Of a stretch of DNA of 64,000 nucleotides, positions 22,503 to 32,276 are shown one piece after another. The translations under genes were made by a program, and so were the position numbers. The notes below the pieces were generated by a model. That model had not been told where the DNA came from, made no database searches, and saw only the letters and a program-made list of their open reading frames with translations. Source of the DNA: Acidobacteriota bacterium (GTDB lineage Bacteria > Acidobacteriota > UBA6911). The DNA lies in assembly GCA_963664705.1 (NCBI GenBank), contig OY761556.1:5280001-5344000 (forward strand). The letters run 5' to 3'. How positions within the stretch are numbered: the first letter of the stretch is position 1; the number at the start of each line of letters is the position of its first letter.

Positions 22503-24329
22503 CTATCTCCCGCAGGCCAGCGCCTGCAAAGGATCCAGCCGGCAAATGCGGTCATAGATCTTCTGTTTCAATTCAGGGTTGGCTTCGGATTTCGCCAGGC
22601 ATTGGTATAAAAGCGCGAAGGGTTGTGCCACCAGTTCCGGGGTTTCCCACCCTTCCAGTCCTCGCGTGTCGATTTCGGCCGTAATTTGATCCAGGATTGG
22701 ATGCGCAATCTGATCATATCCGATGGAGATGCACAATTGAGCCAGCTGCAGCCGTCTTTGAAACTTTCCGCGTCCGCTTTTTTCCATGGCCGCTTCGCGC
22801 ATCAGGATTTCGATCGCTTCCTGGTATCTCCCCTCGGATGCAGCCTGCATCGCGAGCTGATTTGCATCGGGAGGCAAAAGCTCGCCGTCCGCCGCAGCGC
22901 GTGGCTCTTCGGGGACATAAACCGGCGGCGTGTAGACGGGTTCGGCTTCTGCGGGTGCGGGTAAAACAGGGGCAATCTCATCCAGCCACGCCTGAGTTTC
23001 AGGATTGGCGGTTGGCGTATCGTCCAGCAGCGTTGCCTGGCGCAGCCCGGGATAATCGGAAAGCAGTCCATTCACTTCCGCGCGGATCGAGGCCTGAATC
23101 TGGTAATAGCTGAGTTCGTAGGAGGCTCTGTAGACATACCGCTGCAGATCCAGCCAACCTCGCCCGCAGGGCAAAGCCATGGCTGACTCCGCCAGCTCTA
23201 TGACCTGCTGCCAGTCGCTGTCATTTGCCGCCTTTTTCAGAGACTGGCGGATTTCGGTTGAAGGCGCTTCCAATAAGTTGGGATCAAGATCCGCCCCTGC
23301 GCTGCGAAGCTCGCCAAAGCGCATCCCTCGCAGCAGGAGATAGGGAGTGGCACTGTAGGGATCTTCACGGCGCAGAAAGGCTGCCACGCTCGTGATGCGC
23401 GCAAACGCGTCCTCTTTGTCCACCGGTTCCGGAGCAAGCGGGCCGCCTTTAGCACGAGCTTTGCGCGGAGCCGGCGCTGCCGCTTCAGGCTCCGTCCAGG
23501 AGTCCTCCGGAGCGGCTTCTTCCGCGGGCGTTGCGTCAGCTTCCTCCGCTGTCTTATCCGGGTCCGTCTCACGTTTTTTCTGGAGCAAGCCATGGACAGT
23601 GTGGCGGATCTCCTCGACGGTAGTTTTCAATGGGCCGAAGGAGGGGGCGTCGCTGGTAAATTTTTCCTCGCACAGGCTTCCGAGTGCATCCAGGCACTCC
23701 AGGATGCCGTCCAGAGTGGATTCGAGTTCGGTGTAGAAGGACTTGGGCGAGGCTTTGAAAGCCTGGTCCCATTCCTCCATCGGCATTTTTCCTTCGGCAA
23801 TCAGCGCGGCCCGCGCTTCCTGCTTTTCAGAGTCGTCGGCATCGGTTTCATAGCCGACGGAACGCGCCTCCTTGAATTTGTACCAGCTTGTTCCTTTGGT
23901 GCGCGTCAGGGAAAGGCTGCGCAATAGAGCGTCCTGTCGGGCGCCCAGCCAATCAAGCGGAGCTGCGCGCAGCTCGAAATCGCCCTCTTCAATTTCCGGG
24001 TATAGATTTTCCCAGAAGTTTTCGATCAGCCCGCGGATCAGATCAAGGCCAGCGCGCAGGCCGCCGAACGATTCCGTTTTGATCAGGGCCTCGGTCAACC
24101 AGGCCGCAAGTTGGAGGTCTTTACTTTTTGTTGCCAGCGCTTCCCCTGCCAGCTTCAGGACCAGAGCGAAATCGGCAGTCTTTCGTTCATGCTGCCAGTC
24201 GCCTTGAGGAGCATCGTCATCTTCGCGCCGTGCCTCTTTGATCTTGTCATAAATCGGGGCATAGCGCAGATTCTCTCCGCCAGGGTTCTCGCCGGGAATC
24301 GGATTCAGCAGATCATCTCTCAGTGGCAT
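22503..24329 (-). CDS. tssA: T6SS TssA (ImpA_N domain, long form)
   Basis: LLNPIPGENPGG, SKDLQLAAWLTEA, FWENLYP, PYLLLRG, GWLDLQR, C-terminal LDPLQAL. Confidence 0.92.
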   Translation of the reverse strand: MPLRDDLLNPIPGENPGGENLRYAPIYDKIKEARREDDDAPQGDWQHERKTADFALVLKLAGEALATKSKDLQLAAWLTEALIKTESFGGLRAGLDLIRGLIENFWENLYPEIEEGDFELRAAPLDWLGARQDALLRSLSLTRTKGTSWYKFKEARSVGYETDADDSEKQEARAALIAEGKMPMEEWDQAFKASPKSFYTELESTLDGILECLDALGSLCEEKFTSDAPSFGPLKTTVEEIRHTVHGLLQKKRETDPDKTAEEADATPAEEAAPEDSWTEPEAAAPAPRKARAKGGPLAPEPVDKEDAFARITSVAAFLRREDPYSATPYLLLRGMRFGELRSAGADLDPNLLEAPSTEIRQSLKKAANDSDWQQVIELAESAMALPCGRGWLDLQRYVYRASYELSYYQIQASIRAEVNGLLSDYPGLRQATLLDDTPTANPETQAWLDEIAPVLPAPAEAEPVYTPPVYVPEEPRAAADGELLPPDANQLAMQAASEGRYQEAIEILMREAAMEKSGRGKFQRRLQLAQLCISIGYDQIAHPILDQITAEIDTRGLEGWETPELVAQPFALLYQCLAKSEANPELKQKIYDRICRLDPLQALACGR

Positions 24330-24346
24330 TGCCGTATGGAACGCTT

Positions 24347-25057
24347 CTATTCCGCTGCTGCGGCAGTCGGGAATTCCAGCGTCCGTACCTCCAGGATAGG
24401 AAACTCTTCGCCATCGATAAGCAGGACCTTCTGTCCCATCGGCACCGCAGCCTCATCAACCTCTTCCCAAAGTGTCTGCCGGCCAAGACGAACGGAATTG
24501 TCGGCATGGCGGAATGAAAGTGGAGTCAGTGCCGGAATCATGACTTCGCCCAAGTCCAGGCCTCCGCATTTGGGCGAGGTTTTGAGAACGGCAGGGATCC
24601 AGAGAAGATCCCGCAACCGCTTGGGGGCTTCCATCCGGATGGACGTGATATGAGCAAACGGAAGCCAAAGGTAGGAACCTGCGGCAAATACCTCAAGGCG
24701 GGCGCCAATGCGCGGATCAGCGTCTTCAATAGCGGCATAGGATGCGCCGTTCATTGTGAAGGACCCGACCGGATCCGCCGTGCTTTGAGGAAAAGTCTTT
24801 TTTTCGAACATTTCGCGCCGAAGCCGTTCCGCCTGGATGGCGGAGCGATACACAAGCGTACCCATCCCGGCTTCCTTGCTGAGGTCGGAGAGGATGTCCA
24901 ACTGCTTTTCAGCCCGATCCAATTCACCCGTGAAACAGAACAACTCAAAAAGGAAAGTCCGGTTTCGCACGTTGGTGGGATCATTTCTCAATTCGGATGC
25001 TAGTGATTTAACAGCCTCTTCGAGTTGCCCGGCCTTGAACAGTTCATTGGCATTCAT
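24347..25057 (-). CDS. tagJ: T6SS accessory TagJ/ImpE
   Basis: MNANELFKAGQL, RTFLFELFCF, DADPRIG, RDLLWIPA, RLGRQTLW, GQKVL. Confidence 0.9.
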   Translation of the reverse strand: MNANELFKAGQLEEAVKSLASELRNDPTNVRNRTFLFELFCFTGELDRAEKQLDILSDLSKEAGMGTLVYRSAIQAERLRREMFEKKTFPQSTADPVGSFTMNGASYAAIEDADPRIGARLEVFAAGSYLWLPFAHITSIRMEAPKRLRDLLWIPAVLKTSPKCGGLDLGEVMIPALTPLSFRHADNSVRLGRQTLWEEVDEAAVPMGQKVLLIDGEEFPILEVRTLEFPTAAAAE

Positions 25058-25089
25058 CTCTCCACCGCCTTTCACAGATAGCTGCTTCC

Positions 25090-25140
25090 GGAAATTGCGG
25101 CAAGGCGCACGGGGGATAGACCGTGCGCCCTGCAATTTCC
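25090..25140 (-). terminator. Stem-loop after hcp (partial terminator or mRNA stabiliser)
   Basis: ggaaattgc..ggcgcacgg / ccgtgcgcc..gcaatttcc inverted repeat between hcp and tagJ. Confidence 0.45.
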
Positions 25141-25153
25141 AAAGGTAAATGGG

Positions 25154-25630
25154 TTAGCCGCCGGTCTGAACTTTCTGGTCGTAATGCGCTTTAATGGCTC
25201 CGCCAAGCGTACCATCGGCCTTCTGTTCCTTGTACTCCATTTCCATCTTTGAAAAATTTATGGAAATCTGTTCAGCGGGCATATCTCCACCCGAGGATGT
25301 GGAAAAAGAAGAGACAAGCAGGTCCGAGAAGGTATATTTCAGATACTCCTGCTGTTCTTTTCCCGCCTTCCGGCAGGTTAGAACCGCTTTTTTGATGTGC
25401 TCGCCATTGGAACAGGCCAGGAAAAGTTTTGGAGATGCCTTGTTCACGTTCATAATAAAATGGAAATCCTGGAACTGAACCCTTCCTGCTCCGCCGCCGC
25501 CGCCCATGGAGAATGTACCTGCCTGGGTAGCACCGAACGAGAAGTTATCGAGCTGGATTTCATTCTTATGGGTCTTATCCTGGCTTTCGCCGTCGATACC
25601 GTCGATCTTGAGAAAATAATCAACCGCCAT
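25154..25630 (-). CDS. hcp: T6SS tube protein Hcp/TssD
   Basis: YFLKIDGIDGESQDKTHKNEI, KASPKLFLAC..GEHI, EQISINFSK..EYKEQ. Confidence 0.96.
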   Translation of the reverse strand: MAVDYFLKIDGIDGESQDKTHKNEIQLDNFSFGATQAGTFSMGGGGGAGRVQFQDFHFIMNVNKASPKLFLACSNGEHIKKAVLTCRKAGKEQQEYLKYTFSDLLVSSFSTSSGGDMPAEQISINFSKMEMEYKEQKADGTLGGAIKAHYDQKVQTGG

Positions 25631-25669
25631 GTTTCACTCTCCTTATATAGAGCCTGATCGAGCCTGTGA

Positions 25670-27157
25670 TTACTTCCGGGCTGAGGCAGGCAGTTCCGCA
25701 ACAAGACGAAGCGACACGGACAATTCATCCAATTGGAAGTGCGGCCGGAGGAAAGCGACCGCGCGATAAGCGCCGGCTTTTCCCGGGACTTCCATGACCT
25801 CGATTTTCGCATCCCGCAACGGGTACTGAGCCTTGGTCGCAGGGGAGGCGTTATCGTCGGGTGTTACATAGTTGGTAATCCACTTGTTCAGCCATCGTTC
25901 GCAATCCGAACGCGAAGTGAAGCTGCCGATCTTGTCTCGCATCATCGCCTTCATGTAGTGGGCGAAGCGGGAGACTGCCATGATATAGGGAAGCTGAGCG
26001 GAAAGACGCGCATTGGCATTTGCCGCGTCGCTGTCGAACAGCTTTGGCTTGTTGCAGGACTGAACGCTGAAGAAAGCGGCGTAATCTGTTCCCTTGCAGT
26101 GGACCAGGGGGGCAAAGCCGAGGTCTGCAAGTTCTTTTTCCCTGCGGTCTGTGATCGGGGATTCCGTCGGGCACTTCATCGCTACATCGCCCGAATCCGT
26201 ATAAAAATTGTGCACGGGCAGGCCTTGAACCAATCCGCCACCTTCAACTCCACGAATGGCGGCGCACCAGCCATACTGCGCGAAAGCGTTTGTCATTCGT
26301 GCGGCAAGAGCGTAGGCGGCATTGCCCCAAAGGTACTTGGAGTGATCGGTCCCATCGACGCGCTCTTCGTAGGAAAAGGCTTCAACAGGCGTGGTCTCTT
26401 TGCCATATGGAAGGCGCATCAGCACGCGCGGGCAGGTCAGAGCGACATAGCGCGAATCTTCGGATGCCCGGAAAGATTTCCATTTGGCATATTCGGTAGT
26501 GTCGAAAACCTTACCCATATCGCGCGGCGCATCCAATTGCGTATAGCTGTCCAGATTGAACATCTCCGGAGAGGCAGCGGAGATAAAGGGTGCGTGGGCC
26601 GCTGCGGCTACCTGGGATATTTTTTCCAACAGCTCAATATCCTCCGCCCCACGGCCGAATTCGTAATCGCCAACGATGCCCGCAAAAGGCGCGCCGCCAA
26701 AGATTCCGAACTCCTCCTCGTACACCTTCTTGAATAAAGCACTCTGATCAAATTCGGGGGCTCTCTGCAAATCGCGCAGCATTTCTTTTTTGGAGGCATT
26801 CAGAATCTTGATCTTCAAGTTGCTGCTGGTTTCGCTCTGATCCAACAGATACTTGAGCCCTCGCCAGGTTGCTTCGAGCTTCTGGAATTGCTCGTTGTGC
26901 AGGATTTCATTGAGCTGAATGGAGATGAGGTGATCCAACTGGGCAATGCGGGCATTGATCATGGCTTCAGCGTCTTTTGAAACCGTCATGGCCCCATCAA
27001 GAACCTGGGCTACAAATTCCGAAACGAGATTTTTCCCTCGTTCGCGAGCCGCGACATCTTTGCCGTATCTGCCTTCCTCCACAATCTGGTCCAGCAGGCT
27101 CTTTTCAAGCACCTGTTCTGCCGGAGCGGGTGCATTTGCTTTCTGGGTCTCGCTCAT
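25670..27157 (-). CDS. tssC: T6SS sheath large subunit TssC
   Basis: FQKLEATWRGL, DQSALFKKVYEEEFG, AAAAHAPF, YLWGNAA, RPHFQLDEL. Confidence 0.97.
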   Translation of the reverse strand: MSETQKANAPAPAEQVLEKSLLDQIVEEGRYGKDVAARERGKNLVSEFVAQVLDGAMTVSKDAEAMINARIAQLDHLISIQLNEILHNEQFQKLEATWRGLKYLLDQSETSSNLKIKILNASKKEMLRDLQRAPEFDQSALFKKVYEEEFGIFGGAPFAGIVGDYEFGRGAEDIELLEKISQVAAAAHAPFISAASPEMFNLDSYTQLDAPRDMGKVFDTTEYAKWKSFRASEDSRYVALTCPRVLMRLPYGKETTPVEAFSYEERVDGTDHSKYLWGNAAYALAARMTNAFAQYGWCAAIRGVEGGGLVQGLPVHNFYTDSGDVAMKCPTESPITDRREKELADLGFAPLVHCKGTDYAAFFSVQSCNKPKLFDSDAANANARLSAQLPYIMAVSRFAHYMKAMMRDKIGSFTSRSDCERWLNKWITNYVTPDDNASPATKAQYPLRDAKIEVMEVPGKAGAYRAVAFLRPHFQLDELSVSLRLVAELPASARK

Positions 27158-27675
27158 TTGTCGCCTCCCTCCTTGCCGAGTTCAGATTTCAGCTTATCGA
27201 GCTTCTCGCTGTTGTTCACGGCTTCAAGCAGGAGTTCTTCCAGCTTGTCATTGCCCTGGAGCGAGCCGCGCAGATCGGAAAGCTTGGTGCGGAGATCCAA
27301 CATCTCCTTCAGAGGTTTGACCTGCTTGGCAACCTGTTCAGGCTCGAAATCCTCCATGCTTTTGAAATTCAGGTCGACTTTAAGCTGGCCGGCATTCGGA
27401 TCCTCACTCAGCTTGTTTTCAACGGAAAACGCCAGATGAGGCTTCATTCCTTCCAAAACGCTATCGAAATTATCCGGGGTCACTTCCACAAACTTACGTT
27501 CCTTCAATTTGGGCAGCGGAGCTTCCGGCTGACCGGTGAAGTCGCCGAGAACACCCATGACGAACGGAAGTTCTTTCATCTCGATGGTATCGCCGGTTTC
27601 CACATCGTAAGTGACATGGACACGGGGCGGACGCACCCTATCGAGTTTGTGCTGCGTGCTTTTTGCCATTGCCAT
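27154..27675 (-). CDS. tssB: T6SS sheath small subunit TssB
   Basis: RVRPPRVHVTYDVE, ELPFVMGVLGDF, DFEPEQVA, LLDLR-like MLDLR. Confidence 0.96.
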   Translation of the reverse strand: MAMAKSTQHKLDRVRPPRVHVTYDVETGDTIEMKELPFVMGVLGDFTGQPEAPLPKLKERKFVEVTPDNFDSVLEGMKPHLAFSVENKLSEDPNAGQLKVDLNFKSMEDFEPEQVAKQVKPLKEMLDLRTKLSDLRGSLQGNDKLEELLLEAVNNSEKLDKLKSELGKEGGDK

Positions 27676-28257
27676 CCCCTTTCCCTTATTGAACTAACAA
27701 CAGCCGCAAAATGGAGTCCCAGGCGCCTGAAGCGCAAGAGCCAATAATGATGCTGACGGTAAATGAGAGCTGAATTGAAGGATACCTATCCGGAAGGTTG
27801 CAAGGCTGCGGCAAGGAAAAATTTGTGCGCGTACATAGCACATCTACTCACCTGCGCGCCATGGCCCGTTACGACAATCGGACAGCCGAAGTCATGGCAG
27901 TAACCGGCGTCCGAACCCCTCCAGAATAACGAAATTTATACGCAAGATCAGAGATCTGAGTATAATTGTGTTACCAAATAGCAGTCAAGAATTATCCCCC
28001 CCCTCAAAAACATCATCCATATGGATCAAAATCACCGTCAGGCAGAGACATTCCGTGCCCTTATCGGCAGGTTTTCCTAGAAACTTCGCAAGTGACACCC
28101 GCAGTTCCAAAATATCCTGGCCTCGCAATTAGGAAGTTCGATAGGTATAGATAAGAATTAGGGTTATTGCCCTAGTCCTGTAGTAGAATGGTCCTATCTG
28201 GCAATTTCAAATTATCACCCGAGTTTCATCCTGCGGACCTCGAAAGGAGGTTGATAT

Positions 28258-29064
28258 ATGCCGGGACCCTTCATGAGTGGAGATCAAGCTTTTGCTGCAC
28301 TGAAAAAGATATGCCATGACAAAATCAGCAGCACCGAGAGGACCCGGAAGAAACTTTATTGGCAGGCTGCCAAGATGGTTCTTTCTGCGGCGACTATGGG
28401 TGTGGGAGCGCTGGCGCATGAAGGGAGCAAAATTGCGAAGGAGTGTTTTACCTTTATTCTCCCGAAACTGCCGGATCTCATGGCCGGCGCCAAGGAATTG
28501 ATACCCGCCTCGGATGGGCCGGTCGACCGCTCCAAGATACCCAGTATTCTTCAGCATGGAAAAACACTGGCACAGATAGCTCCGGGACGATCCGGGACAC
28601 AGGGATTTATGAAAGAGGAGGATCTGGTCAAGAGCCTGAAGGAACACCACCAGATGGCGGAAGTGGCGCAGAGCGATATTCCCGTTGGAGTCCCGATTCA
28701 GATTTTGTCATGCTGCCACGCGGAAGAGCTGTATCAGCACTTCGTCGATATGGATTATCACATGTCGAAAGTAAAGGCTTACGCCCAGGCGCTGCAGTCT
28801 ATGTCAAAATCGTACCTTGACCTGTGCGCCCATTTCGAAAAGGATTGGGCGATTCACTGGACCGATATGAATAAAAAGGTTTCGGAAACGATGGGCAAAC
28901 CGTTGGAGTGGCATGGGGTAAACTGCGGCTCCGATCCCGAGCTTCAGAAGCACTGCTACCGGGCCACTTTTACGAAGGCGCCACCGCCTCCCCTCCAGCC
29001 GCAAGGACCCGTCGTGAGGCGACCGGGGCCTCCGCCATTTCCGCCTCCCCTGCGCCGAAGATAG
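28258..29064 (+). CDS. Hypothetical helical protein with polyproline/Arg C-terminal tail (candidate T6SS effector)
   Basis: Strong AAGGAGG RBS, 268 aa, no signal peptide, just upstream of tssK1; no family recognised. Confidence 0.7.
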   Translation: MPGPFMSGDQAFAALKKICHDKISSTERTRKKLYWQAAKMVLSAATMGVGALAHEGSKIAKECFTFILPKLPDLMAGAKELIPASDGPVDRSKIPSILQHGKTLAQIAPGRSGTQGFMKEEDLVKSLKEHHQMAEVAQSDIPVGVPIQILSCCHAEELYQHFVDMDYHMSKVKAYAQALQSMSKSYLDLCAHFEKDWAIHWTDMNKKVSETMGKPLEWHGVNCGSDPELQKHCYRATFTKAPPPPLQPQGPVVRRPGPPPFPPPLRRR

Positions 29065-29191
29065 AAGCAGGCCGCAGGCGGGATTATTGCGTATCAGGGC
29101 CGTATGCCTTTGTGTTGGAATTGTTTTCGTTTGGGTACAAGTTTTCATTTCTCTTTACCAAAGCTATTCACTTCTGTTAGGTTGAAAAACG

Positions 29192-30547
29192 ATGAATCAG
29201 CTGCAACCGGTTATCTGGACCAAAGGCACATTTCTGGCGCCGCAGCATCTGCAAACTCAGGACAGGTTTATCGAAACCTCTTTGAGGTTCCGCGTTGAAT
29301 CCCTGCTATCCAATCCCTGGGGATTCCTGAAGCTGCAGGTAAACCAGGAGGCGCTCGCAGCGGGAGAATTTGGCTTGTCGGAAGCCGCTGGCATATTTCC
29401 CGATGGATTGCTGTTTGATTTTCCCGGTTCGGAGCCATCTCCGCCGTCCATCCCGCTGAACGGAGCCTTTGGACCCGATCAGGAATTCGTCGACATATAC
29501 CTGGCAATCCCGAACTATCGCCAGGCGGGATTGAATGTATCGATTGCTCGGCAGAAAGCGGATACGCGGTATCTGTCGGATGTAATCTCGGTACGAGATG
29601 AGAATTCCGGCCTGGCCGAAAAGCCGGTTCAAGTGGCACGCAAGAATTATCGCCTGCTGACAGGAAGCGATTCCCGTCAGGAATGCTCCTCGATTTGTGT
29701 TGCGAGGGTACGTCGGAGTGAAGCCGGAGTGATGCAGCTGGATCCGCAGTTTGTCCCTCCCTTGCTCGATTTTGCTGCCAACGATTTCCTTCGAGCGGTT
29801 GCCAGGAGGCTGGTTGAGATCCTTGCCGCCAAAAGCAGCATTCTTGCCGGTGTGCGCAAGCAGAAAAATCTGACCCTGGCCGATTTTGGGACTGCGGATA
29901 TCGCGAGCTTCTGGCTCCTCTATACCATCAACAGCCATTTTCCGGAATTCAATCATCTATCCGAGACACGACACGGACATCCCGAGCGGCTCTATCAGGC
30001 GATGCTGTCGCTGGCCGGCTGCCTGACTACGTTCTCACCCAAAATTCATCCGCGCGACTTGCCGCCCTACCGGCATGACGATCTGGCCGGCTGCTTTGGA
30101 ACGCTTGACGAAATTGTACGGACCTTGCTTGAAACCGTGGTTCCGAGCAATTTCGTGTCGCTGCCGTTGAAGCTGGTTCAACCTTCCATCTATGCAACCG
30201 CTCTTGCCGACGACAAGTATTTGAATGGAACTCGCCTGTACCTGGCAATCTCCGCGGAGATGAATCAGGCCGATCTGATCTCCAAGACGCCATACCTGAT
30301 TAAAGTGTGCTCTGCGAACCATATCGAGCATCTGGTGCGGCAGGCATTGCCGGGGGTGTCCCTGACGCACGTCCCCAAACCTCCGGGTTCGATTCCGGTA
30401 AAGCTGAAACATCAGTATTTCAGCATCAGCCAATCCGGGGTGGTCTGGGAAGCAGTGGTTCGAGCCAGGAATCTTGCCGTTTATGTGCCGGGCGATTTTC
30501 CCAACCCCGAAATGGAACTGATTATCCTGCTTCCTGAAGCCGGTTAG
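29192..30547 (+). CDS. tssK: T6SS baseplate TssK (copy 1)
   Basis: VIWTKGTFLAPQHLQTQDR, WGF, GIFPDG, FVPP, HPERLY, LPPYRHDDL. Confidence 0.93.
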   Translation: MNQLQPVIWTKGTFLAPQHLQTQDRFIETSLRFRVESLLSNPWGFLKLQVNQEALAAGEFGLSEAAGIFPDGLLFDFPGSEPSPPSIPLNGAFGPDQEFVDIYLAIPNYRQAGLNVSIARQKADTRYLSDVISVRDENSGLAEKPVQVARKNYRLLTGSDSRQECSSICVARVRRSEAGVMQLDPQFVPPLLDFAANDFLRAVARRLVEILAAKSSILAGVRKQKNLTLADFGTADIASFWLLYTINSHFPEFNHLSETRHGHPERLYQAMLSLAGCLTTFSPKIHPRDLPPYRHDDLAGCFGTLDEIVRTLLETVVPSNFVSLPLKLVQPSIYATALADDKYLNGTRLYLAISAEMNQADLISKTPYLIKVCSANHIEHLVRQALPGVSLTHVPKPPGSIPVKLKHQYFSISQSGVVWEAVVRARNLAVYVPGDFPNPEMELIILLPEAG

Positions 30548-30764
30548 ATTCCCCGGCGCAAAACAAAGTCCTTGGTGGGCACGCGGCAGTCCCGCCTAAT
30601 GCTGCATCCTATTTGCCCAAGGAACTTGGAATGCGATGCATATCAGCCCCTCTGAGCCCGGTACCTCACTCGCGTCGCGGGGCTCCCAGCCGGGCTTTTG
30701 TAAGCATTGCTCGCCGCGCAGGCGGCAAATAATATGCGGTATGACGCGTTCCCGCCGGGATAGC

Positions 30765-32276
30765 TTATTCGGCCTCGGCGGGGGGCCGGTACCCGTCAAC
30801 CTCGATAAAGCCTCCGGAGATGAGAGCCGAGATGGCTTCAGCAAACGCTTTTTCCTCTATCGATTCCGGAAATACACCGTTTTGCACAAGAATCCGAAGC
30901 ACATCCCTGCCGGTAGAGATGCCATTGCAAAGGGAGAGTAGGTGCGCCATCCATGGCTGCGCCGTGCATTCCACGTCGAACGGATACTGCAATTTCAGCT
31001 GATAGCTCACAGGATTCCAGGAACCCTGCGCCAGCCGATGCAGAACTTCAAAGCTTGTGCGCCTGGAGGCATGAAGCGGTGTTTTCATTAATAGATCTGC
31101 CAGATGGTCTCCTGAAGCCTCTGTCTCCCAACGAAGCAGCCACTCCCATGGAGTGCGTGCGATGAGGCGGGATGCCCTGCGGCGTATCGTAAACGTTCTG
31201 GCCGCGGACGATCTTCGCTGAATGCACAGAAAGCCATAATTCAGCGATGTAATCCGCAGGCGGGAAAACAACTCTTTCCAGCGTTCTGATTCCTCTCGAG
31301 TGCGGATGGTGTCCCGGTGGGCTTTTAAGGCAAAGTCCAGCGGATCAAGTTCTTTCCGAACCAAAAAGGCAATATCGAACTCGCTCTGCCGGTCCCCCAG
31401 CCACTCGCGAATTCGCTGCTCCAGGGGCGCATCTGCCCGGTCGCTCCCCATCGTGAGTGCGTAGAACATCCCGCCGTCCTCCAGGTGATTGGGGAGACCC
31501 TGGACGATGCGCTGAGTGATTTCCTCTCCGTCCGTCCCGCCGCTGAAAAACACCCATCGAGGCTGCAGCGATGGGACATAGGGAGGATGGGCACAGATGA
31601 GATCAAAGCGAAGCTCCGCGAAATTCTGATATATGTCGCTTGTCACGGCCTGAAAATTATTAATTCCATTAAGCTTACGGTTAAACTCGGCAAATCGCGT
31701 TGACCGGTCCGCGATATCGCCCGACCATGCGTATGCCGCTCCCTTTCGGGCTGCCGCCAAAGCAGCGACTCCGGTTCCGGCGCACAAGTCCAGAAACCTG
31801 GCTCCCTGCCTTTCCGGCAAATGCTTTAAAAATAGACGCGTGTTTGGAATAAAAGCCGGGTATACGATGTCGGCCGGTTCGCTGAATTCGGAGGCATCCG
31901 GGTTGCTCCAACGGTCTGACGCGATATAGAGATCGGCAACCGGGTAGAGTGATACAGGACTGAAATAATCTCCCGCAGCTGTCTGCTTTAGCAAGCCCAT
32001 GCTTTCCAGAAGCTGAACGATGTCGGCGCCGAGCAGTCCGAACAGGGATTCCGCGTCAGACGGTTCACCGGCAAGAAAGAGCTGCAGCAGGACGTCGGCG
32101 GCCGATTCGAGGCCGGGAAGCGGAGCGCGAGACTTTCGGTCAAGCGCAAAATCCTCCGCGTGTTCAAGATGGTGCCGCCTGCAGATGTAGCTGTCACTGT
32201 AATCAGCAGAGCGGAGAAGTTGGAGGACTTCATCAAAACGGGCGGATCGACCAAAGTCATTTAGATCGAAATCCAT
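30765..32276 (-). CDS. Class I SAM methyltransferase (HemK/MTS-like) with C-terminal PqqD-like winged helix
   Basis: FLDLCAGTG motif I, FDLICAHPPY motif IV; C-terminal LLSLCNG...LISGGFI; start overlaps the stop of the upstream repeat protein. Confidence 0.85.
   Translation of the reverse strand: MDFDLNDFGRSARFDEVLQLLRSADYSDSYICRRHHLEHAEDFALDRKSRAPLPGLESAADVLLQLFLAGEPSDAESLFGLLGADIVQLLESMGLLKQTAAGDYFSPVSLYPVADLYIASDRWSNPDASEFSEPADIVYPAFIPNTRLFLKHLPERQGARFLDLCAGTGVAALAAARKGAAYAWSGDIADRSTRFAEFNRKLNGINNFQAVTSDIYQNFAELRFDLICAHPPYVPSLQPRWVFFSGGTDGEEITQRIVQGLPNHLEDGGMFYALTMGSDRADAPLEQRIREWLGDRQSEFDIAFLVRKELDPLDFALKAHRDTIRTREESERWKELFSRLRITSLNYGFLCIQRRSSAARTFTIRRRASRLIARTPWEWLLRWETEASGDHLADLLMKTPLHASRRTSFEVLHRLAQGSWNPVSYQLKLQYPFDVECTAQPWMAHLLSLCNGISTGRDVLRILVQNGVFPESIEEKAFAEAISALISGGFIEVDGYRPPAEAE

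Noticed and set aside
27676-28257. Sigma54 promoter for the tss operon
   Set aside because: No correctly spaced GG-N10-GC element was found by eye upstream of tssB, and no enhancer-binding protein is in the window.
30548-30764. Possible RiPP precursor peptides (MHRIPSSLGK, MLTKARLGAPRRE) or riboswitch downstream of the RRE-like methyltransferase
   Set aside because: Only 10-13 codons with no leader/core pattern, no protease or transporter nearby, and no match to c-di-GMP or other riboswitch consensus by eye. A classical RiPP cluster is unsupported.
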